The translations under genes and the position numbers were made by a program. The notes beneath the pieces were generated by a model. It was given only the letters and a program-made list of their open reading frames with translations, did no database searches and was not told where the DNA came from. A stretch of DNA of 49,647 nt from assembly GCA_050331735.1 (NCBI GenBank), contig JBHJGN010000027.1:1-49647 (forward strand), written 5' to 3'. Positions 48,118 through 49,647 of this stretch are shown here, piece by piece. This DNA comes from Cyanophyceae cyanobacterium (GTDB lineage: Bacteria; Cyanobacteriota; Cyanobacteriia; Cyanobacteriales; JBHJGN01). The number at the start of each line of letters is the position of its first letter. Positions within the stretch are counted from its first letter, which is position 1.

Positions 48118-49020
48118 ATGAATCATGCAGCCTCCCCTCTCGATCTTACAAACCCGCAGGAAGCACTCGCGCTGCTTCCACAAACACCCCTAGTCGCTAG
48201 CTATCATACGGGATGGAAAGGGTTAACCTTCACCCACTACTGCCATCCTCCCCACAAAACGGTAGAGCATTGCCTTCTGCAACATTCACTGGCGATCACA
48301 GACCCCAAAAGTTGCTTTCAGGTAGAGCGTCGTTTGGACGGCAAATTGAAACACTACGCCCACGGCAACGGTCGCGTAGATGTTATCCCCGCATTTCTAA
48401 ATCATTGGACAAACTGGGATCAGGAAATCGAATTTTCGGTGATTGCGATTTGTCCAACCTTGCTGACTCAAACCACTCAGGAATTGATGCAGCGTGAAAT
48501 AGAACTGATTCCACAGTTTTCGATTGATGATCCGGTAATCGGGCAATTAGCCCTCGCGCTCAAGACGGAAATCCAAACGGGTTGTCTGTCTGGCAGGTTG
48601 TACGGCGAGTCATTGGGAACAGCGCTTGCTGCTCGTTTGGTGCAGAACTATGCAGTCAGCAAACCTTCGCTTGAGTTCAAAGCCAACGGTTTACCCCAGT
48701 CACAGTTGGAGCGAGTCATTGATTACATAAAGGCACATTTGACACAAGATGTATCGATTTTAGATTTGGCGACCCTGACCAGCATGAGCGAATCCCACTT
48801 TAGCCGCTCCTTCAAGCAATCAGTGGGAATTGCGCCCTATCAGTATTTAATGCAACAACGTGTCGAACGAGCCAAGCAATTACTGAAACAGCAAGCAATT
48901 TCAATTAGCACCGTTGCCCTAGATTGCGGCTTTGCCAATCAAACTCATCTCACAAAAGTCTTCCGTAAGATGACAGGGGTAACACCCAAAGCTTATCAAA
49001 AGCAAAGAGGCAAACAGTAA
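48118..49020 (+). CDS. AraC-family transcriptional regulator
   Basis: C-terminal double HTH (HFSRSFKQSVG..PYQYL...RAKQLL...CGFANQTHL..VFRK.TG.TP); divergent from SnoaL. Confidence 0.93.
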   Translation: MNHAASPLDLTNPQEALALLPQTPLVASYHTGWKGLTFTHYCHPPHKTVEHCLLQHSLAITDPKSCFQVERRLDGKLKHYAHGNGRVDVIPAFLNHWTNWDQEIEFSVIAICPTLLTQTTQELMQREIELIPQFSIDDPVIGQLALALKTEIQTGCLSGRLYGESLGTALAARLVQNYAVSKPSLEFKANGLPQSQLERVIDYIKAHLTQDVSILDLATLTSMSESHFSRSFKQSVGIAPYQYLMQQRVERAKQLLKQQAISISTVALDCGFANQTHLTKVFRKMTGVTPKAYQKQRGKQ

Positions 49021-49044
49021 TTGAGCCGATTGCGCTAGTTTTGA

Positions 49045-49647
49045 TTAGTCCCATTGGTGTTGTCGAGCTTCATCGACTATCACTTGAGCCTCTTCAAGTG
49101 AAATATCATAGCGAGCGCTTAAAAGTTGGGGAATGCGATCGCAGTCGCGGTTGGGATCTACATCTGGCTGTATGGAATAAGAAGGCAGTGCAACATTACA
49201 TAAAAAAGGCGAAGGTTTCGCCTCTAGTTGAAGCGGTTCAAGATTTAGCACTTCTCGTGAATTTATAAAAAATAGCAAGGCACCGCTGAGATTGGCATCA
49301 CTGAGGTTGGCACCGCCGAGGAAGGCACAGTTAAGGTCGGCACCGCTAAGGTTGGCATGTCTGAGGTCGGCACCGCTGAGGTTGGCATGTCTGAGGTCGG
49401 CATCGCTGAGGTTGGTATATCTGAGGTTAGCACAGATGAGGATGGCAACGCTGAGGTAAGAACAGAAGATGTACGAAACGATGAGGTAAGCAACAAAGAG
49501 GTAAGCACCGATGAGGCTGGCACCGCTGAGGTTAGCACAGATGATGTAGGAAACGCTGAGGTAGGCATCGCTGAGGTTGCAACAGATGAGGCGTTCATAG
49601 ATCACATAAGACCCGCTAAGATCGACACAGAGGAGGTTGTAATAGAA
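49045..49647 (-). CDS. Pentapeptide-repeat protein, 5'-partial (frame open to the window end)
   Basis: [10 protein letters not shown] repeats with 15-bp DNA periodicity. Repeats become degenerate beyond ~49430. Confidence 0.75.
   Translation of the reverse strand, partial: FYYNLLCVDLSGSYVIYERLICCNLSDAYLSVSYIICANLSGASLIGAYLFVAYLIVSYIFCSYLSVAILICANLRYTNLSDADLRHANLSGADLRHANLSGADLNCAFLGGANLSDANLSGALLFFINSREVLNLEPLQLEAKPSPFLCNVALPSYSIQPDVDPNRDCDRIPQLLSARYDISLEEAQVIVDEARQHQWD

Larger units (their letters stand above)
1..49647. repeat. HIP1 octamer GCGATCGC dispersed throughout
   Basis: Dozens of copies, e.g. 1021, 37015, 37042 and an overlapping pair at 42782; a cyanobacterial signature. Confidence 0.95.

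Noticed and set aside
49270..49647. CRISPR array or DGR template
   Set aside because: Contiguous 15-bp coding repeats without spacers; no cas or reverse transcriptase gene, and the A-bias is on the non-coding strand.

Overview
Cyanobacterial chromosomal window: the HIP1 octamer GCGATCGC recurs throughout, and PEP-CTERM, pentapeptide, Uma2 and sbtAB genes are present. The left ~22 kb is a coherent-looking cell-surface and signalling island. It holds four tandem small secreted proteins (two with ~41-aa Gln/Asn-rich beta-repeats of functional-amyloid type), a PEP-CTERM protein, an atypical sigma-70-like factor with a DUF1822 partner, an output-less heme-c (CxxCH) HAMP receptor, a soluble Ser/Thr kinase, an orphan PhnD-like lipoprotein, an FHA-FHA-ABCG exporter, a caspase-STAND-TM-WD40 protein and a FecR-domain protein. 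The middle has phoX, cobH/cbiC, a 2H phosphoesterase, holA, an HtrA-family protease and a divergent sbtA / small membrane ORF / sbtB locus with two ATAG-N8-CTAT boxes. The right has a pancreatic-lipase-like enzyme, DUF89/ARMT1, a P-type ATPase, Uma2, PFOR (nifJ), degenerate integron attC-like sites next to SnoaL and YgiT-type genes, AraC and a partial pentapeptide gene. Many gene remnants are scattered through the window. No rRNA, tRNA, CRISPR array or intact transposase was seen. All family calls come from motif recognition by eye, not from database searches.
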